From contig NW_019029019.1 in NCBI RefSeq assembly GCF_002105155.1, forward strand, positions 310,001 to 374,000: a stretch of 64,000 nt of DNA. Direction: 5' to 3'. The position numbers and the translations under genes were made by a program. Of this stretch, positions 1-11,340 are shown one piece after another; within the stretch, counting starts at the first letter, position 1; the number at the start of each line of letters is the position of its first letter. This DNA is from Lobosporangium transversale (lineage: Eukaryota). The notes beneath the pieces were generated by a model, which was given only the letters and a program-made list of their open reading frames with translations, ran no database searches and was not told the DNA's origin.

Positions 1-2611
1 ACATCTTTTGAACGATCACAACCACATTGAAGCTATGCCCTTTATGAGATCTAGACCCACTATGATCCTTGGAGGTGGGGGTACTGGCAAGACGGAGTGT
101 ATGCTGGATATGATTGAGCAGCAACTGGGTATGGATGCAGACTATGACAACATGCAGCTCTATTTAGGAGCAACAGATTCGTTAGCCAACTGGTCATCGA
201 TGAGACTGTTAAAACGGGAGAGCATAACGGAAGAGAGCTTTAGGTTGGTATCGTTCACCAGTCTTCCATCTCTACTTGCAAAGCTCTACATGTCGAATAG
301 CGCCATACGCGGAAAGCTCTTTGTGGACCGGTACATCTTTAGGTCCGAATACATGGATGCCATGCCTGCAATGGTCCGCAGCATTGGCGCCGATGAGCTC
401 TACGATGCCATCCACGCGCGCATCGATATAGAGGCACAAAACAGAACTAGGTTCCTTAGGTCAGAGCACAAGACAGCGCACAAGGTGTACAAATCGATCA
501 AAGCATTGCATGGCCATATCGATGCTTACGATCTTCACGCACTCGTCAAACGAGACCCGCAACGATTAGTGGCTATGGCGTCGAAGATAGCACGCATCTA
601 CTTAGATGAGGTCCAAGATATATCATGGACAATGTGGTCCGTAATCGAGATAATGCTGTCTGCACGCACCTCGAGCGTGGTGTGTGCTGGTGATTTCACA
701 CAGCGACTTACACCAGGGATCTCGATCAATGGCATAAAGACGCTTATCTATAAGCACCTCCCCAAGAGTATGGAGATTGTTAGATATAAGATCAATTATC
801 GATCGGACCCCAGCATTATATCGCTCGCAAACCGTATCCAATCGTACACCCACATGAGAGAACACGCAATGGAACCGTCTCCCTATACTCAGGAAACTAG
901 CAACTCCGTGACACTGGTAGAGATACAGGACATCGAGCATGAAAATGTAGCCGATGTGTTGCGCTATATCGGAGTACCATCCAACAACTACAGAGCTGCG
1001 ATCGTCACATCGTCGTCATGGGCACACCGGCTTCGTGAGTCTTTGGGTAAATCTCACAATGTCTTTAGTGCTTACGAGTGTAAGGGTCTCGAGTTCGACC
1101 TTGTTGTGTGTTGGGATCTCTTCAACCCAAGCATGGGTGTAAAAACATCGACTCTAAGGCATAACATGGGAGCTGCCACCTTAGATAAGGGTAATATTGA
1201 GGAAGACGAGAACTTTGAGATATACTTAAACCATCTCTACGTAACCGTTACAAGGGCACGCAAGCATCTTATAATGGTCGTTCCACCGTGCGAGAGATCC
1301 AGCATTATCATCAAGGCGCTCGGAATAAGCGATATCATTCATTACAATGAGCTTCAGGAGTGTGGACCTCTGCCTGAAATCACCCTTCTAGTTGACGAGC
1401 TCAGTGTGTCTGACGAACTAAGAATGGCGATCGTGATGAGAGAGAGGGGATTGCTCCATCAGGCCCTCAACGTCTTTGAACAGTACGGCGACGCTGCACA
1501 AGCAGGGTTTACAAGAGCTCTAATTCACCGAAAAGAGCACAGGCTTCGCGGGGAAGATCACGAGATCCAGCTTTGTATTGCTGAGTGTTACGGAGTGATC
1601 GAGGAATTGCACCAGTCGACAGAGAGTGTTCTCAAAATCGAGGATGTAAAGCTATTCCTTGCCCAGGCACTGGTCGCTGATAAGCAGTATGCTGAAGCTT
1701 GTTTGCTTTACGAAGACCTGGAGATGGAAGATGAACTGGTCGCGTGTCTAATCGAGGCAGTCGAATCAAAGTCTGGAGATGTAATGCGGATACGATACCT
1801 AATACCCGAAAAAGCTGTAGCTATATGGGAGCATTTCAAGGACAACAATAGATACGCAAGATTCGTTGTTGCATTGATGCTTGCGTTTGAACCTCCATCT
1901 GTAGACCTAGTTCAGTCGATGATCTCGCACATTCCATCCAAGGCAGGGCTTATTATGATGCATAACTCTCTGGTAGAGGCCAATAAAAGTGTATCTCCCA
2001 TATGGGAAGTATTCCGAAGAAGAAAGTCGCTGCAGATTGGGCCCGGGTCAGGAAAGTTGGGGGAACTGACATTTTTAGAATGGAGTTCATTGCGACGCCT
2101 TGATGGCCGGCACGCTAACAAAGACTTGGGTTACATTATGTCTGCTCATTGCTTGCCAAAATATCAGTCGTCAATGGCATGTCTGTTTGTTGGGCCTAGA
2201 AACAGCAAGACCACCGACATCTTGTCACTCCATATCCAATCGGGTGCTATACTAAAGGCGTGTCGATCGCTGGAAGTGCCTTTGAAGCATGTGGCAATGA
2301 AGATGACTGAACTCTCGTGCTCCCTTTCAGATTTTATGGCACTCCATTCCCAAATACCGAGTGAAGAAGAGTCAAGGATGCACCTGCTTGCCGAGGCGTA
2401 CAAGATGCATAAGCTGGAGATGAGGGGTAGCGAGCATCAGCTCGCACTCTTTAGATGGTGTGATAAGATGAGCCGGGGTGCGGACATTATCGGGATTATC
2501 TGTACCATGCTTAGGGAGGATAAACAGATGCTGCTCGGCAGCTACAGACCAGGTAACACTGCAAACGCAACACAGAAAGCACTGCTTCGTGTGTTAAGCG
2601 AGAGGCGCTAG
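1..2611 (+). CDS. Dual-helicase (TRANK1-like) gene copy 1, 5'-truncated by the window edge; UvrD-like SF1A domain plus helical C-terminus visible
   Basis: Frame is open from base 2. Motifs ILGGGGTGKT (Walker A), IYLDEVQD (Walker B), AGDFTQ, NYRS, KGLEFD and LYVTVTRAR. Collinear with the C-terminal half of copies 2-4. Confidence 0.9.
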   Translation, partial: HLLNDHNHIEAMPFMRSRPTMILGGGGTGKTECMLDMIEQQLGMDADYDNMQLYLGATDSLANWSSMRLLKRESITEESFRLVSFTSLPSLLAKLYMSNSAIRGKLFVDRYIFRSEYMDAMPAMVRSIGADELYDAIHARIDIEAQNRTRFLRSEHKTAHKVYKSIKALHGHIDAYDLHALVKRDPQRLVAMASKIARIYLDEVQDISWTMWSVIEIMLSARTSSVVCAGDFTQRLTPGISINGIKTLIYKHLPKSMEIVRYKINYRSDPSIISLANRIQSYTHMREHAMEPSPYTQETSNSVTLVEIQDIEHENVADVLRYIGVPSNNYRAAIVTSSSWAHRLRESLGKSHNVFSAYECKGLEFDLVVCWDLFNPSMGVKTSTLRHNMGAATLDKGNIEEDENFEIYLNHLYVTVTRARKHLIMVVPPCERSSIIIKALGISDIIHYNELQECGPLPEITLLVDELSVSDELRMAIVMRERGLLHQALNVFEQYGDAAQAGFTRALIHRKEHRLRGEDHEIQLCIAECYGVIEELHQSTESVLKIEDVKLFLAQALVADKQYAEACLLYEDLEMEDELVACLIEAVESKSGDVMRIRYLIPEKAVAIWEHFKDNNRYARFVVALMLAFEPPSVDLVQSMISHIPSKAGLIMMHNSLVEANKSVSPIWEVFRRRKSLQIGPGSGKLGELTFLEWSSLRRLDGRHANKDLGYIMSAHCLPKYQSSMACLFVGPRNSKTTDILSLHIQSGAILKACRSLEVPLKHVAMKMTELSCSLSDFMALHSQIPSEEESRMHLLAEAYKMHKLEMRGSEHQLALFRWCDKMSRGADIIGIICTMLREDKQMLLGSYRPGNTANATQKALLRVLSERR

Positions 2612-3434
2612 CTTAGGCAGATCCACAAGCATAAATATCACAAGTGATCCACATCCTCTTAGAATAAAATATTTTGATTCCTTTTCCCCATGGTTTGGTA
2701 CAAATGTAACATTGTGAAGGTTTCGAGTTTTTATCTCAAGTTTCTTTTTTTTTTTTTCAACATGCTGGAGATGTGCTATCTGCTAGAGATTTGGCTATTT
2801 TGAGGTGTAGAATTCTGTTATGTTGCCTTAGAGTATATGCATAGGTTTATTTGTTTGGCCGACACACCATTTGCTATTTGCTCTGTGGTTCGTGCGCAGC
2901 GGTAGCCGAAATGGCGGTATCATCCATTTTTGTTAAAGTTGTAGGGGCTATAAAAGGCTTCAGATCCAGCTGCATAGCTACAAAGTCGTAGCACGAGTCT
3001 AACTATAGGCCTGATAATTTTATTTTTTGCACTTTTATCCTTCCCTTACAAAAATATAATCGCCAAAGATGATTTTATTGAAATATGTGCGCAACAGTGT
3101 GCAGATACTACTGCCGTCTAATTATTTTCTGTGTCATTTTCTACAGTCCTTTTTTTTTTTTTTTTTTTTTTTTTTGATCAAAAAATAACGATCAGAGCTC
3201 AATGGCGGGCTTCCTCAGCCCTTAAATCACCGTGTAACCAGGCCTCAACGGTGAATTCCTTTAGTATTTGACACATGATGTAATCGGTTGGTTCCCCAAA
3301 AAGCTGTTCTAGGCCTCAAACGTATACTCTCCGGAAATAACCAGATCTTAATGGTAGGTTGTTTAAATCATTACTACACGGTATGATTGATGAACTCCTT
3401 CGAATAGTATTCGCGAGCCTACTCTGCCTGTGCA

Positions 3435-3466
<32 letters not shown>

Positions 3467-5616
3467 AAAAGATATGAGTGTGTTCTAAGAAATGAATATA
3501 AGGAATTCGGAGGAGTATGGCTTTCAACTCACCCTTTCGTACACGCATTGTCATACATAACTCAGTCTTATAGCTTTCTTATCACATAAGGCCATTGCCA
3601 TGAAAGACCGACCTTTTGACAAAAAGTTGAGTTCTGAGGGAGGCCCTCTCCATACTTCCTGCCCTCTCCCTACCTGCCCATCTCCGGCTATGAGAGCGGA
3701 AAAAGTAGGTATTTGAGATATTCACTCTGCCTTCGTAAAGGAAGTCAATCAAGGAAAGGATGAAGTTGTTCTGCCATTCCATACTGCCCCCGGGCGACAG
3801 AAACAAGAAGATAACAGTCTTTTCTACGGCTATTTGCTTCTCTTTCAGCTATTTTTGAGTATTCTTCGTCCCCCACCTTCGCTGTTTTTCGAAGCCATCT
3901 GTTCTGCACTTAGGCGCGCATACTGTCAAATCACTTGAGTTGACTTTAGCGTTTGTCTTTTATTAATGAATAGGATCTACGAGGATGCATATTTGATGGT
4001 AATCTTCGCTTGCTGATTAATAGGCACTGGGACTCTTTTTCTTAAGGCCTTGCATTGATTTATGACGAGAAAATCTATCCCTTACTAATTGAATCCTTAA
4101 AAATAGGTGTATGAATGAAGCCTGTTATCCATCTGGTTTCGAATAGAAGGATGCGTTGAATGTTTTCTTCTAGTAGAATACTATGTCTTTGAATAGGACT
4201 GACGTGCTTAAGGATCAGTGGATCAATGCAATATTTGTATAGGACTTTACCACTTAGCTCGTATTGTTGTGTGTACATTTATTGCTTGCAAAGATTCAAT
4301 CTGAGGTGAGTGCCTTTAAGTGTCGGCACCCGACAAGGTGAATAAACTTCACGAGACAAAGCACTAAACTGATGTGATTGTGAACGAAGCCACAGATAGC
4401 CCGTCTAGTTATATTTTATTTTTATTTTCGACACATCTCATCCTGAAGAATGCGGCTTCTGCATTATCATCAACTCGATGCAATAGCAGCTATCCTGTTG
4501 AGAAGAAAGAAGACGTAAAAAAGACAGCTATCTATGTAGACCGACAACGAATGGAGGATAGAAGTAGATAGAAGATTGCAAAAGTCTTTGATGAGAAAAG
4601 ATGTGCCAGGAAATAACACAATAATATTCTGTAGAGCTTCAACAACATCAACTAGCACTCACGATATAACCAAAGCCAGAAGTGATATTTAAAGTACACA
4701 TGTTTAATGCTATTTACTTTACCAACTCCTTGTATAGAGGATGAACCAACCAAAAAATAAGCGGGGTAATGTTGAGTAAACAGTTTCTGGTCAATGCTTT
4801 GAAACATGAACCACACAATAGATACTGTCATGTTTATTCTTCGATCTTTATCAGCTGCTGGGATAAACTATTGTAGAGGGAGAATGGGTACAGAACATCA
4901 TGTAAGACCGTTCCTTGTCCAAATAATCATCGGATCAATCTCCTTGGTGATGAAAGAGGGCTCTTGCTGATTATCCCCCGAAAGGAAAAAAAAACATCAA
5001 GAAGTAGAAAGGATTTCCACAAACAGATTTGATATGGAAAAAATGCTAACGTGTACGTTCCTGCGTTTGCTTGTATTCAGGTGCTATACTTTGAAATGTG
5101 CTATTTTTTTCTTTGAGCCAAGGATATATTCTATTATATCTTTGATGTCTCTATCGCCTCGCTCACTCAGCTTTTCTGTCTTTTTCTCTGTACTTCATAC
5201 GGAATCAGGACAATCATCCCTACACTTGCATCGATTCACATTCTTTTTTCAATTGCTTCCTCCATTACTTCTTCGAACCATCAGTCATTGTGACTGTTTT
5301 TGAAGACGCGTTTATTTTATTTGCGCCACTGAACTTGGAATTAGTTTGACATACGTTAAGGTAATGGTGATAGCAGATAGTCATTTGAGAGCATAGGGGT
5401 TCATCATTCTTACATTCGATATTGTGCGCGATGTGAGCTGACTTGGGCTCTAAACACATTTAAGACCGGCGTACTTTACTGGCGCACGCTTTTTCTTTGC
5501 CGACCTTGTTATAAAAGCGGTGCTCAGCTTTTATTTTGATTTGTGCCACAGAATATGAAGATATTCGATGATATACTGTTATTAACCATTTCTTTCTTTT
5601 TTTTCTTTTCTTTTAG

Positions 5617-8600
5617 ATGACCAAAACTGAAAAGAAAGAGGAGTCTTCCGAGGTCTTACGCGTTTCGATGGATTTACTATACGACACCCAAAAGTTGCAA
5701 GCTTTACTGGAGAAGGACCAGAAAATCAACTTGGGGAAAGGCAAGGTGGACACCTTTAAGAGGGATGGATACCAGTCTGTTAGTCTGTACACCAAAAGAC
5801 TTATAGACATGTATACATACGAATTTCAGATCGAAGCAGCAAAGGCGCTGTTTGGCAAGATTCCAGACGACTGCAAGCTCTGTAACCTCAGTCGCGTTAA
5901 AAATAACGCCTTTCGAGCCTTCACTGATGTCGAACTGAATGAAGACGATGGTGAGTTATATGGAGACGATGGCGAACTAAGTGGAGGCAATGGTGAATTA
6001 AATGGAGGCAGTGGTGGTGCTGACATACCCGGCGCAGAGGAGTGGGTCCTTATCGGAGAGCCAGAAATGTACAATTACAACGACGTAGTCGCAGCTGTTG
6101 GCACTAAGAGCTTTGGCGATGAAGCAGGCTCCAAGCGATACATCGGCTGCTTGAGCCACATTTCCAGAATCCCGCAAAGCAACTTGCGGCAATACATTTT
6201 TACATTCAACGCGCAAATATCTTCTTTACGAAACATTAAGGTACTGATGTGGGCGATTGATAATCTCACGTCCTATAAGCGCGTCGTGGGAAGCCTTTCC
6301 AATGAGGATGCGATGAAGTCAATACCGGAACTGTTCATGAAAGGCCCTGTGACAGACACTAGACCCTTTACGGAGAATACTGTAGACATCCAGGATGACG
6401 TGCTCGAGTCGATGAACCAATCGCAAAGAGTTGCGATATCAAGAGCAATTCAGGAAGATGGGGGCAAGGTGGTGTTGATTCAGGGCCCTCCTGGATGTGG
6501 TAAATCGACGGTGATCGCCGAAATTGTGCGTTTACTTATCCCCCATGGCCAAGATAGCGCGAGAACACAGGTCCTGGCGTGTGCACAGTCGAATGTTGCT
6601 GTGGTAGATCTTGCATATAAGTATGTTACCATTAAAAAACCTAAGGACAATTTTGAGTGTGTCATGGATATGAGGCCATCCAAGATCACCGATAGCCACA
6701 AGAGAGCTGTGCTCGAGCCATTTACAATTACCACCCGATATCATCAAGTTGTCAATGCTGTGTTGCATACCATCATACGCGTCTTTGGGCGTACCCCCAC
6801 CGCGTGTCACGGGAGCACGACAAAGGATGGAGTTAAGAATATTGTGGCCGCCGATTTCAATGCATGTGTGGAAAGTGGCTTAATTGAACTACTTCCTCCG
6901 AGAGCCCACACTCTCCTTATGTTTACGGAGGTCACGCTCAGCGATTCTGAGCTGCCGTCTACCGATTTGGCCCAGGTGAAGTCCCTTGTTTTAGGAATGC
7001 GCAACGAACTAGAGCTCTTTTTTGAGCCCGTTGACCTCAAGTCGTTGCTCGAACTTTGCAGCGTTAATCAGCATACCGGCACATCGCCACGCTCTAAACC
7101 CATATCTATTTATGGGTGGGTGAAGCAAGCTCTCCTTAACACAGCGTCTGTTGTATTTTGCACGATTAATATCGGGATATCGTTGACTTATAATAGACGC
7201 TTGGACAGTCTAGCGTATATCGTTGTCGATGAGGCAGGACAGGCACTAGAGCCAGATGTGGCTGCACTAATGTGTGTTGATTCGTACTTTCGTCGCCTTA
7301 TCTTGGTTGGAGACCCAAAGCAGCTCCCAGGATATTGCGCATCCAACCGAGGCAAGCGCGAGATGATGGACCGCAGTCTTATGGAGCGTCTCCAGACATA
7401 CCGACTGTGCCATTTTACACTTCTCAATGTACAATACCGCATGCATCAAGACATCTGTGCATTCATATCTCAAACCTTCTACGATAACGAGTTGACCTCC
7501 GACGAATCAATCCACAACAGGAGCCCTGTTACAACACTACCAGCAATTATGCCCGTTATGTTTCTGGGGTCCCGGACGAGCCAGTCGAAAATCACGAAAA
7601 CGAGTGTGGTGAATATCGACGAGGCTAGGTACATTGTTGCCCATGTATTCAACGTGCTGCTGTTGAACAGAAAGAAGCCAACCCCTTCGGGCAATCCTGC
7701 GTCTGAATCAGTATCTTATGCTGACATGGCGAAACTCCCACAAAAGACAAGGGTGCGACAACCCGCAGTGGCTGCCACGCTATCCATTGGAATTATATGT
7801 ATCTACAAGGCACAGGCCAGCGTTATACGTTATCTAATCGACAAGATGCTACCCCAAAAAAGATCTGGATTCAATATAATCGTTAACACCATAGATTCGT
7901 TCCAGGGACAGGAGTGTGACGTTATCTATGTGGCACTTACAAGAACTACACAGATTAACGATTTTATGCGCGATCCTAACCGTGTTAACGTCGCAATTTC
8001 GAGAGCTCGACACCACCTAATTGTAGTGGGGGATGCAAATCTTTCGCTGACAGGCGAACAAGACGTCTCGCCATCCTACTGGCATAGCCTGTGTGTGGAC
8101 AGGGAACCCGTGATTATTGGTCCAGACTACATGAGGAACGTACCGCTGTATGATGGGCCGGAACTCATAGCTAGTGCCAAAGCTAAGGAAATACCAGCAA
8201 CACCGGCCATAATTAAAAAGCTCATAGCTAAAGGCCTGGCTACTACAACCCCCATTTGGACCATCCGCTACGAGAGGCTCATGATAGGCCCGAAAATCCC
8301 GCAAGGAAGCCATATACTCGAATATGTCGTGCAAACACTAGCTTGTGGAGACTTTGACGCGGGAGATGGCGGTAGAACAACTAGACCTTTATTCCGCAAA
8401 CAAAAAGGAGCATCCCTGCTCTTCGTTACCTCGGTGTGTGATACAGTGTGTCTTGCGTGGACCGTGGTGGTGCACGGGCACCGCCAGGCCATTGAGCTTC
8501 TTGGCATCGGAGACAAAACATTCATCGAGAAGAAGGTCTGGCCGCTGCTCCGCCACGACATCAAAGAGCAACCAGAATGGAAGCTCTCTGCGTCTATGAG

Positions 8601-11340
8601 TCTGTGGTCGTCTGGTATAAGCGTAGACCTCTCCAAGGATATGCCAAAAAGTACGTCGTTGCTCTATGTACCCGTAGATGTAGATGTTCCTGCCGCTGAC
8701 TTATTGGCGGATGTACCAGAGAATGGACACCTTTTGACCGATCACAGCCACGTTAAAGCCATGTCCTTTATGAGGTCCAGACCCATTATGATCCTTGGAG
8801 GTGGGGGTACTGGCAAGACGGAGTGCATGTTGGATATGATCGAGCAGCAACTGGATATGGATACAGACTATGACAACATGCAGCTCTATTTGGGAGCGAC
8901 AGATTCGTTAGCCAACTGGTCGTCGGTGAGGCTATTAAAGCGAGAGAGTATAACAGAACAGGGCTTTAAGATGGTATCGTTCACCAGTCTTCCATCTCTA
9001 CTCACAAAGCTATACATGTCAAACAGCAGCATACGCGGGAAGCTCTTTGTAGACCGGTACATCTTTAGATCTGAATATATGGATGCCATGCCTGCAATGG
9101 TCCGCAGTATTGGCGCCGATGAGCTCTACGATGCTATCCTCGCACGCATGGATATAGAGGCACACAACAGTACTAGGTTCCTTAGGTCAGAGCACAAGAC
9201 AGCGCACAAGGTGTACAAATCGATCAAAGCATCGCGTGGCGACATCGACGCTTACGACCTTCACGCACTCGTTAAGCGAGACCCGCAACGAGTAGTGGCT
9301 ATGGCGTCGAAGATAGCACGCATCTACCTAGATGAGGTCCAGGATATATCGTGGACAATGTGGTCTGTAATCGAGATAATGCTGTCTGCAGGCGCCTCAA
9401 GCGTGGTGTGTGCTGGTGATTTCACACAGCGACTTACACCAGGGATTTCGGTTAATGGCATAAAGACGCTTATCTATAAACACCTCCCAAAGAGTATGGA
9501 GACCATAAAGTTTAAGACAAATTATCGATCAGACCCTAGCATTATATCGCTCGCCAATCGTATTCAATCGTACACACGCATGAGGGAACATGCAATGAAA
9601 CCGTCCCTCTACCCTCAGGAAAGCAGCAACTCCGTGGCACTGGTAGAGATACAGGACATCGAGCATGAAAATGTAGCCGATGTGTTGCGCTATATCGGAG
9701 TACCATCCAACAACTACAGAGCCGCGATTGTCACATCGTCGTCATGGGCACATCGGCTTCGTGAGACTTTGGGTAAATCTCACAATGTCTTTAGTGCTTA
9801 CGAATGCAAGGGTCTCGAGTTCGACCTTGTTGTGTGTTGGGATCTATTCAACCCAAGCATGGATGTAAAAACATCGACTCTAAGGCGTAACATGGGAACT
9901 GCCGCGTTGGATAGAGGCAATATTGAGGGAGATGAGAACTTCGAGATATACTTGAACCACCTCTACGTAACCGTTACAAGGGCACGCAAGCATCTTATAA
10001 TGGTCGTCCCACCGTGTGATAGAACCAGTATTATGATCAGGGCACTCGGGATTAACGATGTCGTCCATTACAGCGAGGTCCAGGAGCGTGGACCTCTGCC
10101 TGAAATCACCCTTCTAGTTGACGAGCTCAGTGTGTCTGACGATCTAAGAATGGCGATTGTAATGAGAGAGAGAGGATTGCTCCAGCAGGCCCTCAACGTC
10201 TTTGAGCAGAATGGCGACGCTGCACAAGCAGGGTTTACAAGAGCTCTAATCCATCGAAAAGAGCACAGGCTTCGCGGGGAAGATCACAAGATCCAGCTTT
10301 GTATTTCTGAGTGTTACGGAGTGATCGAGGCATTGCAGCAGTTGGCGGGCAGTGTTCTCAAAATCGAGGATGTAAAGCTATTCCTTGCCCAGGCACTGGT
10401 CGCTGATAAACAGTATACCAGAGCATGTTTTCTCTACAAGGAATTGGAGATGAAAGATGAACTGGTCACATGCCTGATCGAGGCAGTCGAATCAAAGTCT
10501 GAAGATGTAGCGCAGCTACGAGGCCTAGTATCCGATCAAGCTGTAGCTATATGGGAGCATTTCAAGGACAACAATAGATACGCAAGATTTGTTATTGCGT
10601 TAATGCTGATATTCAAATCTTCGCCTGTAGATATAGTCCAGTCGATGCTCTCGCACATTCCATCCAAGACAGGGCTTATTATGATGCATAACTCTTTGGC
10701 AAAGGCCAATATAAGTATATTCCCCGTATGGGAAGTATTCCGAAGAAGGAAGTCGCTGCAGATCTGGTCTGAATCGCAAGAGCCGGAGGAACTGACATTT
10801 TTAGAATGGAGCTCATTACGACGCCTCGATAGCCAACACTCCAACGAAGATTTGGTTTTCATTACGTCTGCTAGCTGCTTCCCAGAATCCCAACCACCAA
10901 TGGCATGCCTGTTCGTTGGGCCTAGAAACAACAAGACTACAAACACCTTGTCGCTTCATATCCAATCGGGTGCTATGCTAAAGGCGTGTCGATCATTGGA
11001 AGTGCCCATGAGGCACGTGGCAACGAGGATGAGAGAGCTCTCGTGCCCTCTGGTAGATTTTATGACACTCCATTCCCAAATACTGAGCGAAGAAGAGTCA
11101 AGGATGCACCTGCTTGCTGAGGCGTATAGGGCACATAAGCACGAGATGAGAGGTAGCGAGCATCAGCTCGCACTCTTTAGATGGTGTGCTAAGATGAGCG
11201 GGGGTACGGACATTATCGAGGTTATCTGCATCATGCTTAGGGAGGACAAACAGATGCTGCTCGGCATCTACAGCCCAGATAACACTATAAACGCAACACA
11301 GAAAGCACTGCTTCGTGTGTTAAGCGAGAGGTGTTTTTAG
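5617..11340 (+). CDS. Dual-helicase gene copy 2 (1907 aa): UPF1/Sen1-like SF1B helicase + UvrD-like SF1A helicase + TPR-like helical tail
   Basis: SF1B motifs MNQSQ, IQGPPGCGKST, CAQSNVAV, VVDEAGQ, LVGDPKQLP, QYRMH, TIDSFQGQE and NVAISRAR. Second helicase GGGGTGKT, YLDEVQD, AGDFTQ, NYRS, KGLEFD and YVTVTRAR. Uninterrupted ORF. Confidence 0.92.
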   Translation: MTKTEKKEESSEVLRVSMDLLYDTQKLQALLEKDQKINLGKGKVDTFKRDGYQSVSLYTKRLIDMYTYEFQIEAAKALFGKIPDDCKLCNLSRVKNNAFRAFTDVELNEDDGELYGDDGELSGGNGELNGGSGGADIPGAEEWVLIGEPEMYNYNDVVAAVGTKSFGDEAGSKRYIGCLSHISRIPQSNLRQYIFTFNAQISSLRNIKVLMWAIDNLTSYKRVVGSLSNEDAMKSIPELFMKGPVTDTRPFTENTVDIQDDVLESMNQSQRVAISRAIQEDGGKVVLIQGPPGCGKSTVIAEIVRLLIPHGQDSARTQVLACAQSNVAVVDLAYKYVTIKKPKDNFECVMDMRPSKITDSHKRAVLEPFTITTRYHQVVNAVLHTIIRVFGRTPTACHGSTTKDGVKNIVAADFNACVESGLIELLPPRAHTLLMFTEVTLSDSELPSTDLAQVKSLVLGMRNELELFFEPVDLKSLLELCSVNQHTGTSPRSKPISIYGWVKQALLNTASVVFCTINIGISLTYNRRLDSLAYIVVDEAGQALEPDVAALMCVDSYFRRLILVGDPKQLPGYCASNRGKREMMDRSLMERLQTYRLCHFTLLNVQYRMHQDICAFISQTFYDNELTSDESIHNRSPVTTLPAIMPVMFLGSRTSQSKITKTSVVNIDEARYIVAHVFNVLLLNRKKPTPSGNPASESVSYADMAKLPQKTRVRQPAVAATLSIGIICIYKAQASVIRYLIDKMLPQKRSGFNIIVNTIDSFQGQECDVIYVALTRTTQINDFMRDPNRVNVAISRARHHLIVVGDANLSLTGEQDVSPSYWHSLCVDREPVIIGPDYMRNVPLYDGPELIASAKAKEIPATPAIIKKLIAKGLATTTPIWTIRYERLMIGPKIPQGSHILEYVVQTLACGDFDAGDGGRTTRPLFRKQKGASLLFVTSVCDTVCLAWTVVVHGHRQAIELLGIGDKTFIEKKVWPLLRHDIKEQPEWKLSASMSLWSSGISVDLSKDMPKSTSLLYVPVDVDVPAADLLADVPENGHLLTDHSHVKAMSFMRSRPIMILGGGGTGKTECMLDMIEQQLDMDTDYDNMQLYLGATDSLANWSSVRLLKRESITEQGFKMVSFTSLPSLLTKLYMSNSSIRGKLFVDRYIFRSEYMDAMPAMVRSIGADELYDAILARMDIEAHNSTRFLRSEHKTAHKVYKSIKASRGDIDAYDLHALVKRDPQRVVAMASKIARIYLDEVQDISWTMWSVIEIMLSAGASSVVCAGDFTQRLTPGISVNGIKTLIYKHLPKSMETIKFKTNYRSDPSIISLANRIQSYTRMREHAMKPSLYPQESSNSVALVEIQDIEHENVADVLRYIGVPSNNYRAAIVTSSSWAHRLRETLGKSHNVFSAYECKGLEFDLVVCWDLFNPSMDVKTSTLRRNMGTAALDRGNIEGDENFEIYLNHLYVTVTRARKHLIMVVPPCDRTSIMIRALGINDVVHYSEVQERGPLPEITLLVDELSVSDDLRMAIVMRERGLLQQALNVFEQNGDAAQAGFTRALIHRKEHRLRGEDHKIQLCISECYGVIEALQQLAGSVLKIEDVKLFLAQALVADKQYTRACFLYKELEMKDELVTCLIEAVESKSEDVAQLRGLVSDQAVAIWEHFKDNNRYARFVIALMLIFKSSPVDIVQSMLSHIPSKTGLIMMHNSLAKANISIFPVWEVFRRRKSLQIWSESQEPEELTFLEWSSLRRLDSQHSNEDLVFITSASCFPESQPPMACLFVGPRNNKTTNTLSLHIQSGAMLKACRSLEVPMRHVATRMRELSCPLVDFMTLHSQILSEEESRMHLLAEAYRAHKHEMRGSEHQLALFRWCAKMSGGTDIIEVICIMLREDKQMLLGIYSPDNTINATQKALLRVLSERCF

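Noticed and set aside
5034..5303. MEKMLTCTF... ORF recurring at 5034, 13399 and 27876
   Set aside because: It recurs only because the non-coding block is duplicated. Copies differ by a frameshift, the composition is T-rich, and it overlaps the 3CxxC promoter remnant.
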